Made by a program: the position numbers and the translations under genes
The notes under the pieces: generated by a model
What the model was told of the DNA's origin: nothing
The model's input: the letters and a program-made list of their open reading frames with translations, nothing else
Databases searched by the model: none
In this document: positions 9,072-17,813 of the stretch, in pieces
How the letters are laid out: the number at the start of each line of letters is the position of its first letter
Numbering within the stretch: position 1 is the first letter of the stretch
DNA from: an uncultured Acidobacteriota bacterium
Lineage (GTDB): Bacteria; Acidobacteriota; Vicinamibacteria; Vicinamibacterales; CAVVIG01
DNA length: 64,000 nt
Direction of reading: 5' to 3'
Assembly: GCA_963712905.1 (NCBI GenBank)
Contig: CAVQJU010000014.1
Coordinates: 170,661 to 234,660, forward strand

Positions 9072-9451
9072 TGCGTTTGCCGGTCTTTGCAGCCTTGTGC
9101 GGCCTGCCAATTCACACGGTGGCGCGTGTCCGCACCGCGCAGGGGTTGCCGGGGGACCGGGCGGTCCGATAGTAGGCGAGCCGCGGCCGGCTCGCGTCCG
9201 TGCTCGACGCGCTCGTCCAGGAACTGGCCCTGGGCCACACGCACCCGAGATGTTCTTCCAGGACTCGGAGGAGTGGGCGAGGAAAGCGCGGCTGGCCAAT
9301 GTCTGAACGTGCCGCGGCCCGGTTGCCGCGCTCGATCATCTGGGGGATTTCACGACATCCGCGATGCCGAGCAGCGTCGTGAACGGGCGCTGGGCGCCGG
9401 ATTGAGGCTTCGCGTCTTCGGCCGTCCGGGTCCAGCGCCATCGCGGATTGA

Positions 9452-9480
9452 TTGACAGCGTCGAATGCCTTCGATAAGGT
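9452..9480 (+). promoter_or_regulatory. sigma-70-like promoter candidate for the 9496 operon
   Basis: TTGACA (9452-9457), a 17-nt spacer, then TAAGGT (9475-9480). An ATTCAC-N7-GTGAAT inverted repeat (9483-9488 / 9496-9501) overlaps the GTG start. Confidence 0.35.
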
Positions 9481-9495
9481 GATTCACGGCAGTCA

Positions 9496-9888
9496 GTGAA
9501 TACGCTTCGCCGTCGCCTCATCGTTCTCGCCGCGGCGCTTCTGACCAGTCAGATCGCGGTCCTGGCTGCGGCGCCGGTCCTGCTGTACCAGGCCAAAGCG
9601 GCCGCCGCGAGCGAACTGCTCTGCGACTGCAAGGTCGAACCGGGCGCCGAGTGCCCGATGCATGGCGGAAAGGCGCACGAGGCGCCGGGCAAGAAAACGG
9701 CCCGCTTCAGCCCCGTCTGCGGCGATCAGACCGCCGCCGTCCTGACGTTGCTCGCGAGCGGCAGCGGCATTCTCGCGCCGTCGTCTCACGTCGTCCGTCC
9801 CGCGACGAACCCCGTCGCCGTTCTCGTCATCGCCGATTCGGTTCTCGACGCGGCCCGTCCTCCCACGTCTCCTCCTCCCCGCAGCTAG
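9496..9888 (+). CDS. small exported/membrane-anchored hypothetical protein with a Cys/His/Met cluster
   Basis: GTG start. N-terminal hydrophobic segment RRRLIVLAAALLTSQIAVLAAAP, then LLCDCKVEPGAECPMHGGKAHE...SPVCGD. No family recognised. First gene ahead of the TonB-dependent receptor. Confidence 0.5.
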   Translation: MNTLRRRLIVLAAALLTSQIAVLAAAPVLLYQAKAAAASELLCDCKVEPGAECPMHGGKAHEAPGKKTARFSPVCGDQTAAVLTLLASGSGILAPSSHVVRPATNPVAVLVIADSVLDAARPPTSPPPRS

Positions 9889-9905
9889 CGACGTTGCTTT
9901 CGTGG

Positions 9906-9951
9906 CGCGGGCCTTTCAGGCCCGCGGCTTGGCGGCCCTGAAAGGGCCGCC
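9906..9951. repeat. pair of GC-rich hairpins with TTTCA/TGAAA loops (REP-like element)
   Basis: First hairpin: CGCGGGCC-TTTCA-GGCCCGCG (9906-9926). Second hairpin: GGCGGCCC-TGAAA-GGGCCGCC (9931-9951). The second is the exact reverse complement of 38597-38617. Confidence 0.65.
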
Positions 9952-9984
9952 CTACGCACGTTGTTTTTCGCATTTGGGGGGGAA

Positions 9985-12807
9985 GTGTTCACGAAGATCG
10001 GTGCGTGTGTCGTATCGATGTGGCTGGCGGCCGCATCGGGCGTGTTCGCCCAGGAAACCGTCAATTTCGCCAGCGTGAGCGGTCGCGTAACCGATCCGTC
10101 TGGCGCCGTCGTGTCGGGCGCCCGGGTCTCCGCGCGCCAGACCGACACCAACGTCACGGCCACGGCGGCCACCGACAGCGAAGGCCGGTTCCGCTTCCCG
10201 TACCTGCGAATCGGCTCGTACGAAATCACCGTGCACGACCCGGGATTCGCCGACGCGACGCGGCGGCTCACCCTCACGCTGGGCTCGGCGTTCGACCTGC
10301 CGGTGTCGCTGTCGCTGCAGACCGTTGAAGCGACCGTTGACGTCGCCGCGCAGGCCGCGGTCCTCGAGGCGGGACGCAGCCAGATCGCCGGCACCGTCTC
10401 GCAGGCCGAGATCGGAACGCTGCCCATGAACGGTCGCAACTTCCTCGACGTCGCGCTCCTCGTGCCTGGTGTGTCGACGCCCAATCTCGGCAGCACGCAG
10501 CTGTTTCCGGAGACATCCGCCGTGCCCGGCTCCGGGCTCTCGGTCGGCAGCCAGCGGAACTTCTCGAACAACTTCATCGTGGACGGCCTGTCGGCCAACG
10601 ACGATGCGGCCGGGCTGAGCGGCATCCCGTACGGCGTGGACGCGGTGGAGCAGTTTCAGGTCGTGACGTCAGGCGGCCAGGCCGAGCTGGGACGCGCCCT
10701 CGGCGGCTACATCAACGTCGTCACGAAGAGCGGCGCCAACGCGTCGCACGGCGACGTGTACGATTACATTCGCGACGATCGTTTCAACGCCCCGAATGCG
10801 CTTTCCGGAACGACGCTGCCGATGAGCCAGTCGCAATACGGGGCGAGCCTCGGCGGCCCCATCCGGCGCGACCGAACGTTCTACTTCTCCAACTTCGAAC
10901 AGCGCCTGCTGGATCAGTCGGGGCTCGTCACGATCTTGCCGCAGAGCGTCAGCGTCATCAACGCCAGGCTGGCGAACGTCGGTTACCCGGGTTCGCCGGT
11001 CGCTACGGGCGAGTATCCAAACCCGGTTCACACGGTGAATTTCATCGGGAAGGTCGATCACCAGTTCGGCAGCCGGGATCTATTCAGTGTCCGGTACAGC
11101 ATGTACGACGTGAGCTCGAGCAATTCCCGCGGGGCGGGCGGGCTGAGCGCGCCCAGCGCGTCGGCAGGTCTGGACAACGTCGATCAAACGCTCGCGTTCG
11201 GCAACACGACGACAATCTCGGCACGAACCGTCAACGAAGTGCGCGCTCAGGTGGTCTACGGCGATCTGCACGCGCTGCCGTCGGATCCGATAGGTCCTGC
11301 CGTCAGCATTTTGGGGATCGCGTCGTTCGGCACGCTGTCAGGCAGCCCGACGGCTCGCCTGAACAAGATGTTCCAGATCGTTGACAACGTCTCGCACCAG
11401 CGCGGCGCTCACGCGCTCCGCGCGGGCGTGGACTTCCTGTTCAATGACGACACAATTACCTATCCGCGGTCGAATCGCGGTTCGTACACGTTCTCCTCGC
11501 TCCAGAACTTCCTGCTGGGCGTCTACAACAACGCCGGTTTCACCCAGACGTTCGCCGAAACCGTCATCTCGCAGACGAACCCCAACGTGGGCTTCTACGC
11601 CCAGGACGAGTGGAAAGTCGGCTCGCAGCTGACGCTGAACGCCGGCCTCCGGTACGACCTGCAGTTCCTGGAGTCGATCGCAACCGATCGCAACAACGTG
11701 TCCCCGCGGCTTGGCTTCGCCTGGTCTCCAGGCAACTCCCGGCGGACCGTGGTCAGGGGAAGCGCCGGCCTGTTCTACGACCGCGTGCCGCTCCGGGCGC
11801 TCGCCAACGCGCTGCTGTCGGCGGGGAACACGACCGACCTCGCGAACCTCCGCCAGGTCAGCATCAGCCTGTCGCCGACGCAGGCGGCCGCGCCGCGGTT
11901 CCCCAACATCCTGGACGCTGTCGTGCCTTCGGTGACGCTCTACAACCTGACGACGATGGACCCCGATATGCAGAACGCCCACTCGCAGCAGGCGAGCGTC
12001 GAGTTCGAGCAGCAGATCGGCGCGCGCGGGACCGTGAGCGTCGGCTACCAGTACCTGCGCGGCCTGGATCTCGTCATCTCCGTCAACCAGAACGTGCCGA
12101 CGTGCGTCGCCGCCGGGACCAACAACGGCTGCCGGCCGAACCCGGCCTACGCGAACAACAGCCAGTACTCGCCGCTCGCGCACTCGAACTATCACGGCCT
12201 GCACGTGTCGTTCGTGCAGCGGCCGGCATCGTGGGGCAACTACCGCGTCAGCTATACGCTTTCGAAATCCATGGACGACGTGGGCGAGAACTTCTTCAGC
12301 TCTCCGATCGATCCGTACGACATCTCGAAGGACTGGGGGCGATCCGACGACGACCAGCGCCATCGTCTTGTCCTGTATGGTTCGGTGAATTCGCCAACTG
12401 GCCCGGCCACGTCGGTCTGGGAACACATCAGCCACGGCTTCCAGGTGAGCAGCGTGCTCCGGGCCTACTCTGCGCTGCCGCTGAACATCACATCCGGCGT
12501 GACGACGATCGCCGGCACCGCGGGCCGGCCCATCGTGAACGGCGAGTTCATCGAACGCAACAGCGGCACCGGCCCGGACTTCTTCAGCCTGAGCCTCCGG
12601 GTCAGCCGTGCGTTCGCTCTTGGCCGGAACGTGCGGTTGGACGCGCTCGTCGAAGGCTTCAACCTCACGAACCGCACCAACGTGATCAGCCTGAATTCGA
12701 ATTTCGGGGCCGGTGCCTATCCGACGAATCCAGCGCCCACGTTTGGGCAGGTGACGGCCGTCGGCGATCCGCGGTCGTTCCAGTTCGGTGCGCGCGTCAG
12801 GTTCTGA
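9985..12807 (+). CDS. TonB-dependent receptor-like outer-membrane protein with N-terminal carboxypeptidase-regulatory-like domain
   Basis: Signal peptide ..WLAAASGVFAQ. CarboxypepD_reg-like SGRVTDPSGAVVSGARVSARQTDTNVTATAATDSEGRFRFPYLRIGSYEITV. Plug-like LPMNGRNFLDVALLVPGV. A long beta-barrel ends in a terminal aromatic residue (..FQFGARVRF). Start chosen at GTG 9985 after a GGGGGGAA Shine-Dalgarno; the ORF track begins at TTG 9961. Confidence 0.85.
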   Translation: MFTKIGACVVSMWLAAASGVFAQETVNFASVSGRVTDPSGAVVSGARVSARQTDTNVTATAATDSEGRFRFPYLRIGSYEITVHDPGFADATRRLTLTLGSAFDLPVSLSLQTVEATVDVAAQAAVLEAGRSQIAGTVSQAEIGTLPMNGRNFLDVALLVPGVSTPNLGSTQLFPETSAVPGSGLSVGSQRNFSNNFIVDGLSANDDAAGLSGIPYGVDAVEQFQVVTSGGQAELGRALGGYINVVTKSGANASHGDVYDYIRDDRFNAPNALSGTTLPMSQSQYGASLGGPIRRDRTFYFSNFEQRLLDQSGLVTILPQSVSVINARLANVGYPGSPVATGEYPNPVHTVNFIGKVDHQFGSRDLFSVRYSMYDVSSSNSRGAGGLSAPSASAGLDNVDQTLAFGNTTTISARTVNEVRAQVVYGDLHALPSDPIGPAVSILGIASFGTLSGSPTARLNKMFQIVDNVSHQRGAHALRAGVDFLFNDDTITYPRSNRGSYTFSSLQNFLLGVYNNAGFTQTFAETVISQTNPNVGFYAQDEWKVGSQLTLNAGLRYDLQFLESIATDRNNVSPRLGFAWSPGNSRRTVVRGSAGLFYDRVPLRALANALLSAGNTTDLANLRQVSISLSPTQAAAPRFPNILDAVVPSVTLYNLTTMDPDMQNAHSQQASVEFEQQIGARGTVSVGYQYLRGLDLVISVNQNVPTCVAAGTNNGCRPNPAYANNSQYSPLAHSNYHGLHVSFVQRPASWGNYRVSYTLSKSMDDVGENFFSSPIDPYDISKDWGRSDDDQRHRLVLYGSVNSPTGPATSVWEHISHGFQVSSVLRAYSALPLNITSGVTTIAGTAGRPIVNGEFIERNSGTGPDFFSLSLRVSRAFALGRNVRLDALVEGFNLTNRTNVISLNSNFGAGAYPTNPAPTFGQVTAVGDPRSFQFGARVRF

Positions 12808-12814
12808 GGTCTGA

Positions 12815-14110
12815 ATGAGGCACGCGATCCTTAGACTCACCGTTCTGGGCAGTTTGGTCGCCACCGTCGGTCACGCGGCCTCGAGTCATGCCACTCTCGC
12901 GGTCGCAGGCCGGGCGAATGCGGCCGTATCGATCGCCGCACTGGGAAAGGTCGCCGTCGCGGCCTGGGCGGCGACGGCGCCGGGAGGCGCGACAGACATC
13001 TACGCCGCCCGGAGCACCGACGGCGGCCGCACGTTTGGTGCGCCTGTGCGCGTGAACGACGTGGCCGGCGACGCGTCGGTTGGCGGCGAGCAGCCGCCGC
13101 ACGTCGCCCTCGTGCCGCGCCCGGGCGGCGAGCCGTCGATCGTCGTCGTGTGGACGGCGAAGCGGACCGAGGGCACGCGGATCCTCTCCGCGCGCTCGGA
13201 CGACGCCGGCGCGACGTTCGGAAAGGCCCGGCCGCTGACGGGAGGCGAGGCGCCGGGGAACCGCGGGTGGGAAGCCATCACGACCGACCGCGAGGGGCGC
13301 GTGGTGTTCGTGTGGCTCGATCACCGCGAAACCGCGTCTGCTTCGAAAACCGGGCCGATGCAGCACGAGGGCCACGATCACGCGGCGGGCGGCAAGGCGC
13401 CTGGCAGCAGCGCCAACGGCGTTGCCGTTGTTGACGGGGCCGTTCGCGCACAGATGTCGAAACTCTATTTCTCGCGGGGCGAAGAAGGCCGCGCCGTTGC
13501 CGCCGGCGTCTGTTACTGCTGCAAGACCGCGGTCGCCGCCGGGGCGGACGGATCCATCTACGCGGCGTGGCGGCACGTGTATCCGGGCAACATCCGCGAC
13601 ATCGCGTTTACGATCTCGCGCGACGGCGGGAACACGTTCAGTGCGCCGCTCCGGGTGTCCGACGATCGCTGGGTGCTCGACGGCTGCCCGGAGAACGGCC
13701 CCGCGATGACGCTCGACAGCCGCCAGCGCGTTCATATCGTCTGGCCGACGCTCGTCAGCGGGCAGACTGCCGATGCGGAGCCGACGCTCGATCTGTTCTA
13801 CGCAATCTCGAGCGACGGCCGCAGCTTCACGCCCAGGCGGCGCCTGCCCGCTCAAGGCCTGCCGCGCCACGTGAACATAGCCGCGATGCCGGACGACTCG
13901 CTCGTCGCGGTATGGGAAGAGCAGGCGGCCGGCACGCGGCGGGTCGTGATGGGACGCGCGAGCGACGGCCAGCCGTTCACCCGCCGCATCGTCAGCGCAG
14001 GAGAGCGCGCGTCGTATCCGGTCGTCGCGTCGACGGAGGGGGCGGCTCTCGTGGCGTGGACCAGCGAGTCGAACGGCCGGTCGTCGATTCAGGTATCGCG
14101 CGTCGACTGA
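12815..14110 (+). CDS. BNR/Asp-box repeat (sialidase-superfamily beta-propeller) protein
   Basis: Signal peptide, then Asp-boxes STDGGRTF, SDDAGATF, SRDGGNTF, SSDGRSF. Unusual Cys motifs CYCCKT and DGCPENG. Starts 8 nt after the receptor gene. Confidence 0.75.
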   Translation: MRHAILRLTVLGSLVATVGHAASSHATLAVAGRANAAVSIAALGKVAVAAWAATAPGGATDIYAARSTDGGRTFGAPVRVNDVAGDASVGGEQPPHVALVPRPGGEPSIVVVWTAKRTEGTRILSARSDDAGATFGKARPLTGGEAPGNRGWEAITTDREGRVVFVWLDHRETASASKTGPMQHEGHDHAAGGKAPGSSANGVAVVDGAVRAQMSKLYFSRGEEGRAVAAGVCYCCKTAVAAGADGSIYAAWRHVYPGNIRDIAFTISRDGGNTFSAPLRVSDDRWVLDGCPENGPAMTLDSRQRVHIVWPTLVSGQTADAEPTLDLFYAISSDGRSFTPRRRLPAQGLPRHVNIAAMPDDSLVAVWEEQAAGTRRVVMGRASDGQPFTRRIVSAGERASYPVVASTEGAALVAWTSESNGRSSIQVSRVD

Positions 14111-14171
14111 GTCGCATCACGCACGGGCCACAGAGGCACTGAGATCACTCCGTGGCTACGTACGTTTCCGC

Positions 14172-15428
14172 CTACGACGTGAAGCCGAGGCCGAGCGCCG
14201 CCACGACCATCACGACGAAGGCGATCCATCCCAGGGCCGAGAGGAGGCGCGAGTTGACCTTGTCGCCCATGACCGCCGGGTCGCTCGTCAGCAGCAACAC
14301 GATCAGGATGAGCGGCGGGGCGAGGACGCCGTTGATGACCGCCGTCGTGAACAGCAGCTTGATGGCGTCGAGCCCGGTATAGGTCAGCGCGATCCCCAGC
14401 GCGACCGAGAACGCGAGCACGGCGTAGAACCGCTTCGCCTGCCACGGTTTCCGATCGAGCGATCCGCGCCAGGCCGACGCTTCGGCGATCGCGTACGCGC
14501 ACGATCCTGCCAGCACCGGCACGGCCAGCATGCCGGTGCCGATGAGTCCAAGCGTGAACAGCCAGTACGCGCCGGCGCCGGCCACCGGCCGCAGCGCTTC
14601 CGCCGCCTGCTCGGCCGTCGTGATGCTCGTCTGTCCACGCGAGTGCAGCGTCGCGGCGGTCGTGAGGATGATGAAGAACATGATCGCGTTCGACGCCAGC
14701 ATGCCCGTGAGCACGTCGGTGCGGGCCGCGGAGAGCTCCTCTGGGGTCGCGCCGCGGCGGCGCGACAGGTCGCGGCCCATCGCGCGTTCTTCCTCGACCT
14801 CCTGCGCCGCCTGCCAGAAGAACAGATACGGCGAGATCGTCGTGCCCAGAATCGCGACCATCAGTGAGAAGAAAGCCCGGGACAGTTCGACGTGCGGGAC
14901 GAGGGTCGCGTAGGCGGCGAGGCGCCAGTCGACGTCCGCGACGAACGCCGTCACGATGTAGGCGAGCAGCACGAGCGTCAGCCACTTGAATACCCGTGCG
15001 ATGGCGCGATAGGACCACCACATCAGCAGCACGACGATCGCGGCGCCGTAGATCGGTACCGTGAGCCCGACCGGAGCGCCGGTCACCATGCGGGTCGCGG
15101 CCGCCATGCCGCCCAGATCGGCGGCGATGTTGATTACGTTGGCGACGGCCAGCAGCGCGCACGCGAACCACAGGACCCACCGCGAGTAGCGGCGCCGGAT
15201 GACGCCGGCCAGCCCCAGACCCGTCACCATACCGAGGCGCGCACACATGAGCTGCACCGCGGACATCAGCGGGAACGAAACCAGGGCGGTCCAGAGCGGC
15301 AGGTACCCGAAGCTTGCGCCGGCGACCGAGTACGTCGAGATGCCCGACGGATCGTCGTCGGCGGCGCCGGAAATCAGACCGGGGCCAAGCTTGGCGAAGA
15401 AGTTTTTCGGGGGACGTGGCGCCAGCAT
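14172..15428 (-). CDS. NRAMP-family divalent metal cation transporter
   Basis: 418 aa, polytopic. Signature GPGLISGAADDDPSGISTYS near the N-terminus and a conserved ..AILGTTISPYLFFWQ.. segment. Confidence 0.9.
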   Translation of the reverse strand: MLAPRPPKNFFAKLGPGLISGAADDDPSGISTYSVAGASFGYLPLWTALVSFPLMSAVQLMCARLGMVTGLGLAGVIRRRYSRWVLWFACALLAVANVINIAADLGGMAAATRMVTGAPVGLTVPIYGAAIVVLLMWWSYRAIARVFKWLTLVLLAYIVTAFVADVDWRLAAYATLVPHVELSRAFFSLMVAILGTTISPYLFFWQAAQEVEEERAMGRDLSRRRGATPEELSAARTDVLTGMLASNAIMFFIILTTAATLHSRGQTSITTAEQAAEALRPVAGAGAYWLFTLGLIGTGMLAVPVLAGSCAYAIAEASAWRGSLDRKPWQAKRFYAVLAFSVALGIALTYTGLDAIKLLFTTAVINGVLAPPLILIVLLLTSDPAVMGDKVNSRLLSALGWIAFVVMVVAALGLGFTS

Positions 15429-15483
15429 CGACCATCACATCGTACTGCCACGCGGGGGCAGCAGCTATGTGGTCGATGCGCCT

Positions 15484-16581
15484 TCAGCGTCGCAGGAGCC
15501 CGAGGCGGTCGCCGCTGAACGTGAACACCGCGCCGGCGTCGCTCGGGAACGGCACCATGACGACGTTGGAGCGTTCGCGGACGATCGTCACGTCGCGCGC
15601 GCGCGCGTCGCCGGCGGTGATGAAGAAGCCTACCAGCTCGCCGACCGCCGGCTGGCGATTCGCAATCGGTCCCCAGACCTCGGGGCTGTAATACCAGTTG
15701 CGGCCGAATTGCGACGGCGGCCCGCCCTGGCGGCCCAGGCCATACCAGTATTCGACCCCGCCGGACGTGTACCAGCGCCCGTTGATGTTTTCGACCAGCC
15801 ACAGCGTGTACTGGATCGGGCCGTCCCAGCCGGGCGGCGTCACGTCGGGCCAGCGGTACGGGCCGTTCTTCTTCGAGAAGTCCACGAACGCTCCGTCACT
15901 GCGGAGGTCGAGCGTCGTGATGAGCGTCGTCACCGGCCAGTTGGCGACGTCCGCAGGCGACGATGCCGTCACGGTGACGCCGTGGAGATCGATCCCATCG
16001 ATCGGGGCCGGCGGCGGCGGCGGAGGCGGCGGTGGTGGAGCCACCGGTGGCGCGGGCGGTTCGGTCGCCGCAGGCGTTGGTTTTCGCAGCACCTCGGTGC
16101 CGCTGACCGGTCCGAGGCACGTCGTGCCGGAGTAGGGCAGCCGCAGCGTCCTGTTATTGTCCTCGACCGCGCCGGTGCCGCTCAGCGAGATCGGACAGTT
16201 CGGGATGCCCGGGCCGGTGGCGGTTGCGGTCACCGTGAACGGAACGGCGCCGCCGACGAGCTGCCCGGACGCGTTGCCGGAGATCGTGAGGCCGCCGCCG
16301 CAGACCGCGGTAAATGTACCGGCGATGGACGTCGAGGTCTGGCTCGAGATCTGGTATTTGAAGTTGCCGCACGTCGTCGGGCTGGGCAGCACCGGCAGGG
16401 CATTCGATTCCCACAGCCCCACGAGCGGCGCGGCTGTGGATCCTGTCGAGCCGGGCGTCGCCGCGGCGGAGCTGGTCGGGGCGGGCGTCGGCCCGGCCAT
16501 GTTGGTCGCGTGCTCGAAGGCGCACCCCATGCCTGAGAGCGATACAACGAGGGCGGTGAGCAGCGCCAGGATCCTGGTCAT
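15484..16581 (-). CDS. hypothetical lipoprotein, two domains joined by a poly-proline linker
   Basis: MTRILALLTALVVSLSGMGC lipobox. A Cys-containing N-domain, the linker EPPAPPVAPPPPPPPPPPAP, then a Trp/Tyr-rich C-domain (..WLVENINGRWYTSGGVEYWYGLGRQGG..). No family recognised. Confidence 0.65.
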   Translation of the reverse strand: MTRILALLTALVVSLSGMGCAFEHATNMAGPTPAPTSSAAATPGSTGSTAAPLVGLWESNALPVLPSPTTCGNFKYQISSQTSTSIAGTFTAVCGGGLTISGNASGQLVGGAVPFTVTATATGPGIPNCPISLSGTGAVEDNNRTLRLPYSGTTCLGPVSGTEVLRKPTPAATEPPAPPVAPPPPPPPPPPAPIDGIDLHGVTVTASSPADVANWPVTTLITTLDLRSDGAFVDFSKKNGPYRWPDVTPPGWDGPIQYTLWLVENINGRWYTSGGVEYWYGLGRQGGPPSQFGRNWYYSPEVWGPIANRQPAVGELVGFFITAGDARARDVTIVRERSNVVMVPFPSDAGAVFTFSGDRLGLLRR

Positions 16582-16759
16582 TTTTATTACATCTTCGGGT
16601 CGAAGAGTACAGTTCTGCAGTCCCGCAGTCCAGAAAACATCCAAAACAGGCCAAAACGGAACAGTCGAGGTGGTGAAGTGCAGATGGCTGGCCATGCGGC
16701 CGCCGACTTCCGCGCTGACTCTTACCGGCTTCCTGATACCGGCCGTCTATGATGGGAAT

Positions 16760-17311
16760 ATGCGAAAAACCTCAATGTTTACCGCAATCTCAGCCGTGTT
16801 CCTGTTTCTCCCCCGCCCCGCGGCCGCTCAGGACGCGCCGAAATTCGAATTAGGCGTCGGCTACCAGTACATGCACGACTCGAAGTCTTCGCTGGATTTC
16901 ACCAGGGGCTGGGTGCTGTCAGCCGGCGCCGACGTGGCCAGCTGGTTCGCCCTTGTCGGCGAGATCGGCGGCAGCTCCAAGACACTGGCGAGCGCCGGGA
17001 GCACCGACGTCGACGCCAGCCTCTACACGTACCTCGGCGGACCGAAAATCACCGCGAGCGCCAAGGCGCCGGTCGCGCCGTTCGTGCAGATACTGTTCGG
17101 CGCGGCGCACGGCGCGCTGAGCGTGGGATCGCCCTCGAGCAACCTGTCGGTTTCGGGCACTCACTTCGCGGTCCAGCCCGGCGCCGGCATCGACTTCAAC
17201 CCATCGCCCGGCTTCGGCATTCGTGTCGAGGCCGACGGCCGCGGCATCAAGAACGACAACGATACGGTCGGGCAGTGGCGCATCATCGGCGCCGTCGTCT
17301 TCCGAATCTAG
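16760..17311 (+). CDS. small outer-membrane beta-barrel protein (OmpA-like TM / OmpW-like porin family)
   Basis: Signal peptide MRKTSMFTAISAVFLFLPRPAAAQ, alternating-hydrophobicity strands (FELGVGYQY, WVLSAGADV, FAVQPGAGIDF, GIRVEADG), terminal ..GAVVFRI. Confidence 0.75.
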   Translation: MRKTSMFTAISAVFLFLPRPAAAQDAPKFELGVGYQYMHDSKSSLDFTRGWVLSAGADVASWFALVGEIGGSSKTLASAGSTDVDASLYTYLGGPKITASAKAPVAPFVQILFGAAHGALSVGSPSSNLSVSGTHFAVQPGAGIDFNPSPGFGIRVEADGRGIKNDNDTVGQWRIIGAVVFRI

Positions 17312-17360
17312 GGCCGCTGGAAGCAACACTTTCATGGATTATCGGAGGTGTGTCGACGTC

Positions 17361-17423
17361 ATACATTAACTTAATCAAGTTAGTACTTGACTATATTAAT
17401 TAATTGGCTATCGTATAGTCATT
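17361..17423 (+). promoter_or_regulatory. AT-rich palindromic leader/operator region upstream of the DUF2089 gene
   Basis: Only 15 of 63 nt are G or C, in otherwise GC-rich DNA. Contains inverted repeats AACTT-AATC-AAGTT (17368-17381) and GACTATA-N18-TATAGTC (17389-17395 / 17414-17420), the palindrome TTAATTAA, and a TTGACT hexamer. Confidence 0.45.
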
Positions 17424-17813
17424 ATGCCGAGTGACTGGCAGGAGCTGACCAGGCTGACGGGCGGGGCGGAGGTCGAAGTCGAGCGCGTCCGGCTCACCGG
17501 ATCCGAGGTGGCAATCGAGGGCCGGTTCACGCTGCCTCCTTTGGCTCAGCTGCCGGGAGAAGACCAGATTTTCGTGGCCGCCTTTGTCCGGTGTCACGGA
17601 TCCATCAAGCAGATGGAGAAGTACTTCGGCGTCAGCTATCCCACCATCAAGAACCGCCTCAACAAGATCGGCAGCAGGCTCGCCTTCGTCGAGATCGATC
17701 CGTCGCCGGCCGAGGCCGCCGAGGGCGTCCCCGCGAGCGCCGTTCTCGATCAGCTGGAACGCGGAGAACTCACCGTTGCGCAGGCGCTCGATCGCCTGAA
17801 GGAGAAGTCATGA
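17424..17813 (+). CDS. DUF2089-family protein (putative HTH regulator)
   Basis: ..VRLTGSEVAIEGRFTLP.. followed by the block typical of DUF2089: FVAAFVRCHGSIKQMEKYFGVSYPTIKNRLNKI. Confidence 0.75.
   Translation: MPSDWQELTRLTGGAEVEVERVRLTGSEVAIEGRFTLPPLAQLPGEDQIFVAAFVRCHGSIKQMEKYFGVSYPTIKNRLNKIGSRLAFVEIDPSPAEAAEGVPASAVLDQLERGELTVAQALDRLKEKS

Noticed and set aside
9001-9495. Looked for a riboswitch (cobalamin or metal-sensing) or a tRNA in the long gap upstream of the TonB-dependent receptor operon.
   Set aside because: No B12-box-like core, no yybP-ykoY-like features and no T-loop GGTTCGAAT-type sequence were recognised by eye. This needs a covariance-model scan to be certain.
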